DNA of 51,314 nucleotides, taken from NCBI GenBank assembly GCA_051942245.1, contig JAVECL010000108.1, positions 1 through 51,314 on the forward strand, given 5' to 3'. The position numbers and the translations under genes are program-made. Below the pieces are notes generated by a model, which worked only from the letters and a program-made list of their open reading frames with translations, had not been told where the DNA came from and ran no database searches. The stretch comes from Trypethelium eluteriae (lineage: Eukaryota). Shown in pieces: positions 25,220-36,822 of this stretch (its first letter is position 1; each line of letters opens with the position of its first letter).

Positions 25220-27208
25220 ATGAGTGAGCCAGCGAAGACTTCCATTGCAAATATTGAAGAACATTACGCATAGGCAAGATTGATATCTTCAACCACGTGG
25301 TACTGTATCGATATCGATACGGAGAACTCTGACTCTGAGATTGAACTTGCCCCCGGCGCCATTAGATCTTATACGGCTGCCCATGAACATGCTGCAGACA
25401 TTCGAGCCGTAGCGCAGTTTGAAAGGCTGACATTAGCGGTAGATGGATGGGATCTCAGTACGACTCGGTATCAATACAAACAGCTTATTGCACCTGACGA
25501 GTTTCGACTTTTGCGCGTCTATCCTTGGGAGAAACATTCACAGACAGATGATGGCGACTTAATGCTCCGCTGCGAGCTCATCCATGTGAGCCTGAATTCA
25601 TCGCCTAGCTGTGCTGCCGTTTCATATACCTGCGGGAATCTACTCGAGTATAGTCCAATTTTTCTTCAGGGACAAGATGGACAGCATCACATTATGATCA
25701 CCAATTCTTTGTTCGCCCTTATCTCCCGATTGAGTAACGACGAGCCTTTAGATATTTGGGCTGATCAGATCTGCATAAATCAGCATGATCTTGATGAGCG
25801 AGGCAACCAAGTCAAACTGATGGGACGAATTTTTAAAGAAGCAGAGTACACCTTTGTGTGGCTTGGAGGCTCTGACGAGAATACCGACGTCACCTTCAGT
25901 CTAATCGATAAGCTTTCCTGCGATGGCCTTGCTCTGGTTACGGCATTCGATCTGTTGCAACAAGGGGATCTTGATACTCTCCAGAAACTTCTCCGTACCC
26001 GTAGCGTCGATTGCGATAATACTAATCCAGGTTGGACCGCGATTAAAAACTTATCTCTGCGGCCCTGGTTCACGCGCCTTTGGACTTTTCAAGAGTTTGT
26101 TGTCTCACAGAATGTCGTCTTCTTATGCGGCAGGCATCATTGTTCTGAATCGAACTTGCTTCGAGCATTTTATGCCACCCAATTGGTCCTTAACAATTGG
26201 ACAGGAGGCATGCTGAATACTCAGTTACTATTTTTACGTAGAAGCCGCTATTTGCAGAAGCTTTATATCCCATTGTTGAATTTACTTTTGGATATCGGTG
26301 AAAACGAATACCACTGTACGGACCCCCGTGATCGGATCTATTCTTTGCTTTCCCTTCAGATATCTGATTCACCATGCGTTATCGATGTCAGCTATAACAC
26401 TTCCATCACCGAACTATTTACGCAGTCTGCGCGAGAGATAATTAAGAGTTTGGAAACTCTAGACGTTTTCTCCTGGAGGCGTTTTAGCATGCTGGATGGC
26501 CTTCCCTCATGGGTGCCGGACTGGAGCCGTGGTATGTCAGGGTACCAATCTCTTAACGATAGTCGTATGAGCTTCTCCAGCTCTTGTGGCTTGAAGCACA
26601 TATTCAAAGAGTCTCCGAAAGAGCTTCTTTTTGTCAGAGGAAAGATTGTTTCAACACTTGCGAGAGTGGCGTCGCACAGATTCTCGGAATATGCAGAGCA
26701 GTATAATAATAGAGATCTCGAGTCTTTCCTTGGATCTACTACCCTAATGCCTCAGGTGCTCAAGGCGCTTGATCAAAATCAGGATAAGGATCACTCGAGG
26801 ATAGAAGGAGAAAGAACGCATTGGATTTGGCTGATTGCAACAACCGTCACCGCTGGACGCTTTGAGCAGGAAGATGAGGCTAGTCTCCACACAGATAAAT
26901 CTGAATATGGGACTGAGATTGCCGTCGTCATTGAACGTTGTGGTCCTTCATTTGTCCGGTCATTGCGAAAATGCTTCGGAAGGAAAATTGCAATGTTGAA
27001 CAGTCATGCTAATCCATTAGGCCTCGTTCCTGACTTTTCCCGAGCAGGCGATCTTGTTTGCTTACTGAATGGCTCGACAACACCTATGATTATTAGAGCA
27101 GATGGCGATTATTATGAAGTGATTGGAGAATGCTATGTAAATGGGATCATGTACGGTGAAGCTGTAGATTGGAGTCAAGAAGAAGGAGATCTATTTATAA
27201 TCAAGTAG
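25220..27208 (+). CDS. Heterokaryon-incompatibility HET-domain protein (HET-6-like) with an in-frame TAG at codon 18; possibly a pseudogene
   Basis: EFRLLRV, AVSYTCG, IWADQICINQHDLDERGNQVKLMGRIF, RPWFTRLWTFQE, CTDPRDRIYSLL, LPSWVPDW and GECYVNGIMYGE motifs. ATG 25220 is in frame but interrupted by TAG 25271-25273; the next in-frame ATG is 25562. Confidence 0.88.
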
Positions 27209-29523
27209 AAAAGTTTAGACTTTGAGATCAAGGAATGCACACAAGAAGTGCTGTAGAATGATTACTCTATCAGAAGTAACTGTGGGAGTTCCTTCAAATT
27301 TCGGAACACTAAAGAGAAAGTCAATCAAGGAAGAAAATAGACGGGTTTCATCATTCCAAGTCCTATTTTCTCTCGCCAAAGTACACCAAATTCTGGTAAA
27401 AAAAGATAATCGCGAGGTCTGTATACATCTATACAAGTTTTTGCTACTACAGTATGTCCACGGCGTACAGTCTATATACCCTTTTTCTGCTAAGAGCTTC
27501 TGACTTTAAATCCATAAATCCAATTTTTCCAATAATTATTCATACAACATGAACAGAATATGTTAGGGATAGGGAAGTTTAAACTGCAATGATTGGCACA
27601 GATCCCCACTAGTCTAGTGTACTAAGGAAACGCCCTCATAGGCTTTCTTCCTTTTCTTTTACTTTTCAGAATTTGCGCTCATGAAAATGTGTCTCAGCAC
27701 TCACATCAGGCATCGATGGAGACCGGAGAGTACTCCGTAGACGAAATAGCAACGAAGAAGCTTGGTAAGGTAAAAATAAAAATGCTTGAAGCTGCGTGGA
27801 GCAGGGATAAGCGGAATTGCAACGGCTGCTCGGTTGTTGTCGTCGCCGAAGCATTACGACCTAACCTATTTCTTAGTAGTCACCGATAGGAACAGAGGTA
27901 AAAACGGACTCCAACCTTGCTCATTTTCGGGGACGCCTCTGCCAGCTACACTTGTGCCAGGCAATCATTAGCCCCCTCGTGAATTGATTCTATTTCCAAA
28001 GGCGACAGATGACTGCACAATCGATGAGGCCAACAGCTTCTGTGACGTCAACAGTGCTGTTGTCATCTCAACCACACCAGCTTTAGCCTTCAACATTCTA
28101 GTTCAATTTCGATTGGCTCTATGGCCAACTTCTCTTCAGGACTAATCTTTCTCTTGGAAGCTTTGTGAACGAACTGAGTCAGTCTGTCACTTTCACAATC
28201 CGATGGAGACCTTTTTGAGGTTTGAGCTGAATGACGTCCCATGTGGCCAACATCGCATTTCAAACTTCAAACGTAGAGTCTAAGGAGAAACCCCCCCCCT
28301 CTCTTGCACCTTTTTTACCTGAAGAAGTTAAAACCAGTGTCTTGACACTCAGTTCTGACAACATGCTGTAACTGGACTCTTGGCGAAAGTGTAGGCCTTA
28401 AGGCTACTGGAGACCTCTGGTGAGGGACCTCTGGCGAGCAATCTACTGCCTAGAAGCCGAAAAACAGTTACCATTTCGACCTCACACAGGAAGAGACTTC
28501 CCAGGCCGAGAGATATGTCGAACGATGTCTTAAAATACTTCAAGGATGGCAGTCTGACCACTCTTACCGGAGATCTGCTCACGTAGACAAGCCATCGACT
28601 ATGACACCGAGAATGAACTGAATCATGATACCGTGGTAGACAGGCCGTATTTCAAGAAAGGTCGACCGCACGCAAGTGGCCTACAGTAACCATGCTTTGT
28701 GTTCAACTGCTGAGTTTTTCCTACAATACTGCTGCCTCGAGCCCTAACATTTTACCAGTCCTCGGACGTAGAGTGCTCCTCTGGTTTCCTTTGATGACAG
28801 CTTCAGCTAATTGGCCTCTAAACCGAATGGTCCTACGACTGACTGACATGGTCTCTTGCTGGACTGGGGCTGAGCCGTGAGGGTCGCTTGATTATGTGAT
28901 GGTCAGTGTCAACGATCAAGTGCGAGTATGCCCTACGGGCGCTGAGTTGTAGGCGACTGAGCATACCTTCGGTCTCGTAGTAGGTACACTACTGACTGGA
29001 GGCAAGTCAATTTTCGATCACCGTGCGCACTGGAGTGCCGAGCCGAAAATCTATCAATCCGGGATACCAAAAAGCCTAATAGAGAAAGATCGAACCAAGT
29101 TTGCAGCAACAGCATGATTATTCCGACTTTTTGACAGGTGTGATTCTTGGTTGAGACATGAACGATTCACAGATCACACACTTAATCAGGCCCTAAAATG
29201 ACATTGGTGGGATTTCATGTTGATACGGCCTAAGCAATTTCTGGGTTTGCCTCATCCAACGAACGCTCAAATGCTACTTCCTGAATCACAAACTTTGGCC
29301 TAGCCTCTCTCTGATTGAGGACGTTGCTGGCAGAACCTGCCTTATTGCGTGTCGCTTGCTCCAAAATAGTCGACATCTCGCCAAGACAAATCCCACAGTT
29401 CCTATTCATGTACAAATCATACATTACTTTATCACTACATTGATTGAACACGGCATTCTCGAGGGCTCTTCCTCTTGATTCCCTTGTCACCGCACGTTTC
29501 CCGCGAGCTCGCTTCCCCCTCGA

Positions 29524-30738
29524 ATGATGGAAGAGTCCCGACCAGCAGCTCTATCTAATTACCAGCAAACAACCAAAAGGCTCGATGCTATCCCCACAAA
29601 CCCCAAGGTTTCTGTCTATACACAGGACTATCCATACCTTGAGGTCACTATATGGGTACCAGAAGAGCGCTCAAATGAACATGCCAGCTCTGTTAGCTTT
29701 CAACGTGTCCATGCGTACGCCTTCAATGATCCGACCAATATGTGGCACGTAGTCTGCACTCGGAAAGTAGCAGATCAGTGCTACTTTAAACGTTTCCCGA
29801 ATCACGTCACTCCACAAGTTTGGTCCGCCGTTGATCAAAACAATATTTTGAACGCGTACCCGACAGCGATGCAGCCACAGACAGACCTGATGTACTCCTC
29901 TCAAGATGCCCATTTCATGGATCCAATTCCTCCAGAACATATTTATCCGGTGCTTCCAAGAGACTGTACGGAGGCCACTATGGACGGTCTTCCTTCCGAA
30001 TACTTTTTGAAGTACCCCAGTTTAGTGACCTATGATCCGGCTATACATGTGGAAAACGTCCAGCCCATGCTCAATAACATCACCATGTTTGAGTTCTTCC
30101 GGAAACACCCTCACCCCAACGTCGCTCGATACTACGGCTGTGTCTCCACCAGACTCCCCTGCTTCCTCTGCTCTGGCCAGGACAACCATATCCGTGACAA
30201 ACAGACCCTCGCCATCACCTGCCCTGACTGCACCTACCGTCCTGGAGACTGCGAGGAACCAGGCCACGTCTGGTCTCGCGACTACATCACTGCCCTTCGC
30301 TGTCGTTGCGCCGACGCCCCGCCCTTTCGCGTCCGCTCGCTCGTGCTCGCACACCATCCCGTCTCCTTCAAGCAGCGCTGGACGGCGGGTGCCCCTATCA
30401 AGGACCAACAAGACCTCGAGGACCGTAAGGTGGTGCTCACGCAGGTCTGGTCCACAATCCAACGGATCTGGCAGATGGGGTTCTGCATCAATAATCTGAC
30501 TCCGGACTCGATTATGTTGACCGAAGGGGGCGAACCAATCATCACAGACTTCGGCGAGTGTTTGAGGCTGGGAACACCGTTGCCGGGGACCCGGAGGTAC
30601 GAGTGGGCGTACCCAGGGAGCTCTGTCTGGAAAGATGCAAAGCTGTTTGGTTTCCGGGATTTTTCGTGCAAGGAAAATGACATGATTGCGTTGGAGCGGT
30701 TGAAGAAGTATCTGGGATGTTATCAGAGGAAGGCTTAG
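29524..30738 (+). CDS. Fungal protein-kinase-like protein, probable pseudokinase (404 aa)
   Basis: YFLKYPSL, FFRKHPHPNVARYYGC, catalytic-loop position CINNLTPDSIML, IITDFG and ENDMIAL resemble a fungal kinase-like family, but the H-x-D catalytic motif is absent. Confidence 0.75.
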   Translation: MMEESRPAALSNYQQTTKRLDAIPTNPKVSVYTQDYPYLEVTIWVPEERSNEHASSVSFQRVHAYAFNDPTNMWHVVCTRKVADQCYFKRFPNHVTPQVWSAVDQNNILNAYPTAMQPQTDLMYSSQDAHFMDPIPPEHIYPVLPRDCTEATMDGLPSEYFLKYPSLVTYDPAIHVENVQPMLNNITMFEFFRKHPHPNVARYYGCVSTRLPCFLCSGQDNHIRDKQTLAITCPDCTYRPGDCEEPGHVWSRDYITALRCRCADAPPFRVRSLVLAHHPVSFKQRWTAGAPIKDQQDLEDRKVVLTQVWSTIQRIWQMGFCINNLTPDSIMLTEGGEPIITDFGECLRLGTPLPGTRRYEWAYPGSSVWKDAKLFGFRDFSCKENDMIALERLKKYLGCYQRKA

Positions 30739-30931
30739 GGAAAGAGAAGCAAGCACATCTCCTTCGTATCTTCGAACGGCATTTAGCGAGTGGACGGAGA
30801 CACGCAGTACGGTTGACCATCCCGTATAGTGGTTTTGGGGGACACATCGCCCTGTATTGACAAAAGGCACCGTCCAAGCTGTAGGATATTCTAGACCGAT
30901 CTTTTCATCTTTGTCGAAATTTTCTTTTTGC

Positions 30932-32525
30932 CTATCTAGCCCTCATCTCCTGCTGTCCATCGGTTCCGAGGACATTCTCCACACCTTCTTTCTCAAACAC
31001 TACTTTTATTGCCTCAGTCAATATACTCATGCCTTCCTCGATCTGCTCTTTCGAGACGACCAGCGGTGGCACAAATCTCAACGTGTTTGTTCCTGCCGTG
31101 ATTACCAGCAATCCTCTTTCCCTGCAAGCCGTTACTACGGGCGCCGGATCCTGACTCAACTGCAACCCCAACATTAATCCCTTGCCTCTGACCTCCTGCA
31201 CAATCTCAGGATACCTCTTCTTCAGCCCTTCAAAATGCCTTCGAAACACCTTTTCCTTTTCTAACACCCCTTTCTGCAACTCCTCATCTGCTAGCCGCCC
31301 CAGCATATAATGCGCAACACGACATGCCAACGGATTACCCCCAAACGTCGTCCCATGATCCCCCGTCACCATCCCATTGCTCACCCTCTCACTCACTAAA
31401 GTCGCGCCAACGGGGTACCCATTGCCTAGTGCCTTCGCTGTCGTCAGTACATCCGGTTGGGCCTCCACAGGGATCCCGTTCGCGGGGCCGTGTGCCCAGA
31501 AGCTGCCGGTGCGGGAGAGCCCGCACTGGATCTCGTCGTAGATGAGCAGGGCGCCAACTTCGTCGCAACGGCGACGTAGCGCGGTGAGGAAGGCGGGCGT
31601 GGCGACTTGGATGCCGCCCTCACCTTGAATGGGCTCGACAAGGACGCCGCAGGTATTTTCGGTGATGAGGGTGTTGAGCGATGAGGTGTCATTGAAGGTG
31701 CCGTATTTGAAGCCTGGAAGCATGGGCGCAAACGGGCGTTGATATTTGGGATTGGGGGTGGCGGAAAGGGAGCCCATAGTCCGGCCATGGAAGGAGGATT
31801 GGAAGGAGACGATTTTGTGTTTGGAAGAATGAATGGGGTCGGAACTGGAGCTTATGAGTGAGGTAGGAGAAGAGGACAGAGAGGGCGGCGGCGAGATTTG
31901 GGAGCCGATTTTGCGGGCGAACTTGATGGCAGCTTCGTTGGCTTCGGAACCAGAATTGCAGACAAACGCTCGAGAGGCATTTTGCATTGCACCAGAGGAG
32001 ACAGTAAGATCGATGAGGAGTTTAGAGAGGGACCCGATCCATGGGTTATTATATAGGTTGGAGGTGTGAACGAGGGTCGAGGCTTGTTGCGCTATGGCAT
32101 TCGCAACGCCTGGGTCGCAATGACCGAGAGCATTGACCGCAATTCCAGCAGTCAAGTCGAGATACCGACGATTCTCCACGTCCCAGAGGTAGCAACCCTC
32201 TCCTTTATGGAACATTGGTGGCGCCCGCACGTAAGTTGGAACCATGTATGGCTTTTGGTCTCCTACCAATCGAGCTGTTTGGGAATCGGATGGAGGGTCA
32301 GGAGTGGCTAGGGAGGCCTCCTTCTGTTACAGGTAAGCAGTGGTCAGAGCAAGAGCAAGAGTAAGTATTCAGGCATGTATGTACCTCAATTGCACGCTTG
32401 AGGTCTCCTGGCAGGGTACTTGCTGCCGTAGCAGCACGAACAGAAGCATTTCGCTTCAGAACCGCTTTGAGACTGGTTGATATCGAAGTCGTTGCTAATG
32501 GCCTTGAGGCCAGCCTCAGAGCCAT
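30932..32525 (-). CDS. arg8: Acetylornithine aminotransferase, mitochondrial (~510 aa, 2 exons)
   Basis: Intron 32384-32324. Basic presequence MALRLASRPLATT..., DLTAGIAVNALGH, NSGSEANEAAIKFARK, SFHGRT, EPIQGEGG, DEIQCG, PLP lysine in TAKALGNG and HGTTFGGNP. Confidence 0.96.
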
Positions 32526-32621
32526 CAGGGCGGTATACAGGATAGGAGTAGATAATATGACAACTTGGACTTAAAGAAACATGACCACGAGTGGTGAAGG
32601 AGTGGATCCTTGAAGGAAAGA

Positions 32622-32628
32622 TGAGTCA
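32622..32628. promoter_or_regulatory. Gcn4/CpcA (cross-pathway control) element TGAGTCA in the arg8/UVDE divergent promoter
   Basis: Perfect TGASTCA about 100 bp upstream of the arg8 ATG. Arginine biosynthetic genes are established targets of Gcn4/CPC-1/CpcA. Confidence 0.55.
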
Positions 32629-32905
32629 ATTGAGCGGAGTTTGAATTATGACTTTTTTCTGCCAGATGATGCGGCTAAGATAAGATTGACCGCCTGCGAG
32701 AGCGATGCATGGGGCGCGGTGGGGCGGATCTCCGCCAGATCTGGAATGACGGATGTGGCTGGCGTGGATCAGAGAAACAGATCGCCCCTGAACCTGCGCC
32801 ATCGAGAAATGATGCAGTAGTCTGAATGCGCGGACTCGACTATGGGAATTTGGCGCGTAACTGGTATTTTCTGTTCTTCCCCGTTCGTTTTCCCCTGTTT
32901 CCTGC

Positions 32906-35255
32906 ATGTTGCTCTTCTGTCGTTCCGTTGCTTTCAAGTGTGCTCTTTTATCCTCCAAATTTCGAAATACTCCCTGCAAGATCAGCCGTGTCACGCGACC
33001 TTTCATTATGGCAAAGAGGAAGCGAGCTTCGATTGCTACAGCTGTGGCTGAAGCAGATGGTGCACCATTGACCACGGTGCAAGTGCCATTACCCGGAGCT
33101 GTCCAGACGAAACCTGTCGAACACCGTCACGCCCCAAGTCCGGCAAATCCCAATGAAAGGGCAGATATTCTTGACGCACCTAACGCGTTAAGGGCCTCTC
33201 CAGACGGTGAAGTTGATGAGAAGCTTGCACCGAATGCGATCAAGCAAGACAATGATTCGGACTCGCCTCTATCTGATGTCCCAGATATCTTGGAGAAAAA
33301 GCCTCAACGAGGCAGAAAGCCCAAGGGCCCCGTCAATGGAGAACTTGCACCAAAAGCTGACGCTGTGGCATCAACGAAATCTAAGCGAAATCCGAAAACT
33401 TTCAAAGCCATCAGTGAAGATTCTGTTCCGGCCGAGGGTGGCTTGGCATCAAAGTCTGTCGCAAGCAAAAAGGGTGATGTAAAAGAATCAGGCGATAATG
33501 TGGATCCGGAGGCGGAGGGTGAGGAGGAGGCTGACGAGGAAGAAATCAAAGAAGCACTGTCGCGTCCTCCACCGATCAACAGTGACTATCTACCACTACC
33601 CTGGAAGGGGCGGTTAGGATATGTATGTGACCTTTGGAGGTTTCTTCCATAGATGCTAACGCATAGCAAAGGCTTGCCTAAATACGTATCTTCGCTTCTC
33701 AAATCCTCCTGTTTTTAGTTCCCGTACATGCCGTATTGCTTCAATACTTGAGCATAGACATCCCTTGAGAGATCCATCTCAACCGGAGCATGCGACCAAA
33801 AATCGTCCGGATAGGGAACAACCAGCGGATATCACTCGCGGTATGCAATATGTCGAGAATATATGTCTGACAAATGCCCGCGACATACCGAAAATGGTGC
33901 GATGGAACGACAAATATGGTATCAAGTTTATGCGCCTGAGTAGCGAGATGTTTCCATTCGCGAGCCATGAAGAATATGGCTATAAATTGGCACCCTTTGC
34001 TTCTGACACTCTTGCCGAAGCAGGCAAAGTTATCGCCGAGCTTGGTCATCGTGTCACAACGCACCCGGGTCAATTCACCCAGCTCGGTTCTCCAAGGAAG
34101 CAGGTTATTGACAACGCCATGCGTGATTTGGAGTATCACGATGAGATGCTAAGTCTCTTGAAACTGCCTCCCCAAGAGAACCGCGATGCAGTCATGATCC
34201 TGCACATGGGCGGTGTCTTTGGTTCCAAAACGGAGACCTTGTCGCGCTTCCGTGAGAACTATGCGAAGCTATCACAATCTATAAAGAACAGACTTGTTTT
34301 GGAGAACGACGATGTGAGCTGGAGCTTGCATGATCTATTGCCGGTTTGTGAAGAACTCAATATTCCCTTCGTGTTGGATTTTCATCATCACAATATCATC
34401 TTTGATTCCGAACAAATCCGGGAAGGCACCAAAGAGGTAATGGATTACTACCCCCGGATTCTGAAAACATGGGAGAGGAAAGGGATCACTCCAAAGATGC
34501 ATTATTCGGAACCGACACCTGCAGCCATTACGGGAAGGCAACGACGGAAGCATAATCCTCGGGTAGCAACGCTGCCACCGTGTCCCGACACGATGGATTT
34601 GATGATTGAAGCAAAAGATAAGGAGCAGGCCGTCTTTGAACTCATGCGAACATTCAAACTACCCGGCTACCATCTCTTCAATGACATCATACCCCATGTT
34701 CGGAAAGATGACAACAAGTCAATCAAAACGCCGGCCAAAAAGAAGACGCCGAAGAAGAAAAACGATGAAGGAGATGATGGTGCTGAAATAGCAGAGGACG
34801 CAGGTCCTACGCTGATCCCAGAAGCTGAAGTCGGTATGGGAGGCCCTGATCGACGTGTCTATTGGCCTCCAGGAATGGAAGACTGGCTGCGACCACCAAA
34901 GAGAGTCGTCAAAAAGAAAGATCCTGAAAAAGCATCAAACGGAAAGAAAACGCCCAAGAAGCGGAAGAATGCAACCGAATCCGGCGAAGGGCAAGAAGAA
35001 AATGCAGAGACTCCAGCACCGAAGAAATCCAAAGCTACCCCTAAACCCAAGGGCAGGGCTGCAACCAAAGGCAAGAATACCAAGGCTACTGTACCGACGC
35101 CATCTATATCTGATGAAGAAGATGGTGAGGCACCGACTCTGGATACAGATGCAGATGAGGAACCAGCCACGACTCCTGTGCCCAAGTCGAGGGGAGCAAG
35201 GAAGAGCGCCAGAGCCACACGAGTTAGCTACGCAGAAGCTGATGGTTCCGATTAA
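32906..35255 (+). CDS. uve1: UV-damage endonuclease UVDE (uve1/mus-18 family; 766 aa from ATG 32906 or 732 aa from ATG 33008)
   Basis: Intron 33623-33671 gives WKGRLGY|ACLNTYLR. FMRLSSEMFPFASH, HPGQFTQLGSP, LENDD, DFHHH, KMHYSE and DLMIEAKDKEQA motifs; Lys-rich C-terminal tail. Confidence 0.96.
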
Positions 35256-35538
35256 CCCGAACGACTTGCATAGAAAATCAAAATTTTTTACCTGGGAGTC
35301 ATTGGGCATCGTGGGCGGATTGCTGTCACCCCGAGTAAAGTCACTAGTGTACCGTGTTCCCTTATCATTCCATCTCAAGCATTCACCTCATTCTGTTTTG
35401 TGAAAGGAATGTATAGACTGGAGTTTGTAATCGTTAAAGACAGACTAGAGCTTGTTAATTGTGAATGACAGGCTAGAGCTCCGACGGCTCAATTTTGAAC
35501 AGCGCTTTGCAAGACACGAATAGCTGGAATATTCCCCA

Positions 35539-36822
35539 TCACAATTCCTGCGTTTCCTTCCCCTTCGTCTTCCTCTCAATCCAATCCTGAACCGTCTCTT
35601 TAACCCGGTAGTTATACAACCATCCGAGATCCTCCTGCCCTTCGCTCTGCCACAAGTTGTCCATCGGCAACTTATCCCTCTCCTCCTTTGGCGCTCTCGC
35701 ATTATTTAGCCGGCTCGTCAAATCCAACACCTGATCCACCCTCTTCTGCCTCATTCCCTGCCACCACTGCAACGCTTCGGACCAGTTCGCCTCTTCCGGT
35801 AATTTCGCGACCAATGTCGCCAAACTCGCCCCATCCTCGAAAGCCTGGGTCGCTCCCTGTCCCGCCGTCGGTGGGATGGCATGGGACGAATCCCCCACAA
35901 TTACCACCCTTCCCATCTCACTCGTCCATCGCGCCAGTTTCGGGATGACATAGTACGCCCACACATTCAGCTTCTCCTTCTTGAGATTTCTTAGCGCCGA
36001 CTGCACCATCTCCGGCCAGGCCTTCTCATCCCTCCTCAGCAAACCCTCGACCTCATCCTTCCGCGCAATCAACGCCTTCCAGCCTGCATGATCCTGTTCT
36101 GGGTACGGAAATTGCCTTCCAATCAACAGCTCCGACCCCTCCGCCGTTTGCGGCGCGAACACCATCGCTCCATGCTCTCCCTGCAGCGTCACCGGCTGCT
36201 GGAATGCCTTCTCCCCGCCCTCAGGGAACTTGATTTTCACGCGATCAACAGCCCCGACTGCCGCCACGAGTCCGGAGTACTGCGGTCCAGACGCAAGATC
36301 GGGACAAACGTAGCTTCGAACCGTACTATGGATGCCGTCGGCGCCCACAAGGAGACTCGCATGGCGTGTCGTCCCATCCTCAAAAGCAAACACCACGCCC
36401 TCATCCGCCGACTCCGACACGACGTGCGAAAAGCGGTGACCATGGTGGATCGGGATGCCGCGCTCCTCAGCAGCCGCGCGGACCTCGGTGAGGAGAGCAT
36501 CGCGATAGATGCGCAGCGCGGCGTAGCCGTGTTTGGCGGGAACGCCGAAATCGTAGGAGCCCGTGGTCTCGTGCGCTTCGTTCTGGTAGTTTAGCGTAGA
36601 GAAGGACCAGCCGAGGGGTTGGAGGCGCGAGTACAGCGAGAGCGAGTCCAGGACGCGCAGCGCGTTCGGCGCGAGCATCAGCGCGCCGCCGACTGTGCGG
36701 TTGGGCACACGCAGGTCGTAGATGGTGCAGGGGATGCCTTCCGCATGGAGGGAGAGTGCGAGAGTGAGGCCTGCGAGGCCGGTGCCGATGATGACCATGT
36801 CGTTGGAGATAGGAATTGCCAT
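35539..36822 (-). CDS. Group A FAD-dependent monooxygenase (salicylate-hydroxylase-like, 427 aa)
   Basis: ATG 36822; GxGxxG (IIGTGLAGL), LLVGADGIHSTVR (DG motif) and GDSSHAIPPTAGQGATQAFEDG (GD motif). Confidence 0.92.
   Translation of the reverse strand: MAIPISNDMVIIGTGLAGLTLALSLHAEGIPCTIYDLRVPNRTVGGALMLAPNALRVLDSLSLYSRLQPLGWSFSTLNYQNEAHETTGSYDFGVPAKHGYAALRIYRDALLTEVRAAAEERGIPIHHGHRFSHVVSESADEGVVFAFEDGTTRHASLLVGADGIHSTVRSYVCPDLASGPQYSGLVAAVGAVDRVKIKFPEGGEKAFQQPVTLQGEHGAMVFAPQTAEGSELLIGRQFPYPEQDHAGWKALIARKDEVEGLLRRDEKAWPEMVQSALRNLKKEKLNVWAYYVIPKLARWTSEMGRVVIVGDSSHAIPPTAGQGATQAFEDGASLATLVAKLPEEANWSEALQWWQGMRQKRVDQVLDLTSRLNNARAPKEERDKLPMDNLWQSEGQEDLGWLYNYRVKETVQDWIERKTKGKETQEL

Noticed and set aside
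28349..28620. Coding-like fragments downstream of the HET gene
   Set aside because: Interrupted in all frames and not assignable to a family; covered only as part of the accessory-island finding.
30022..30870. 282-aa antisense ORF overlapping the pseudokinase
   Set aside because: No recognisable motifs; explained as a shadow ORF of a GC-rich coding strand.
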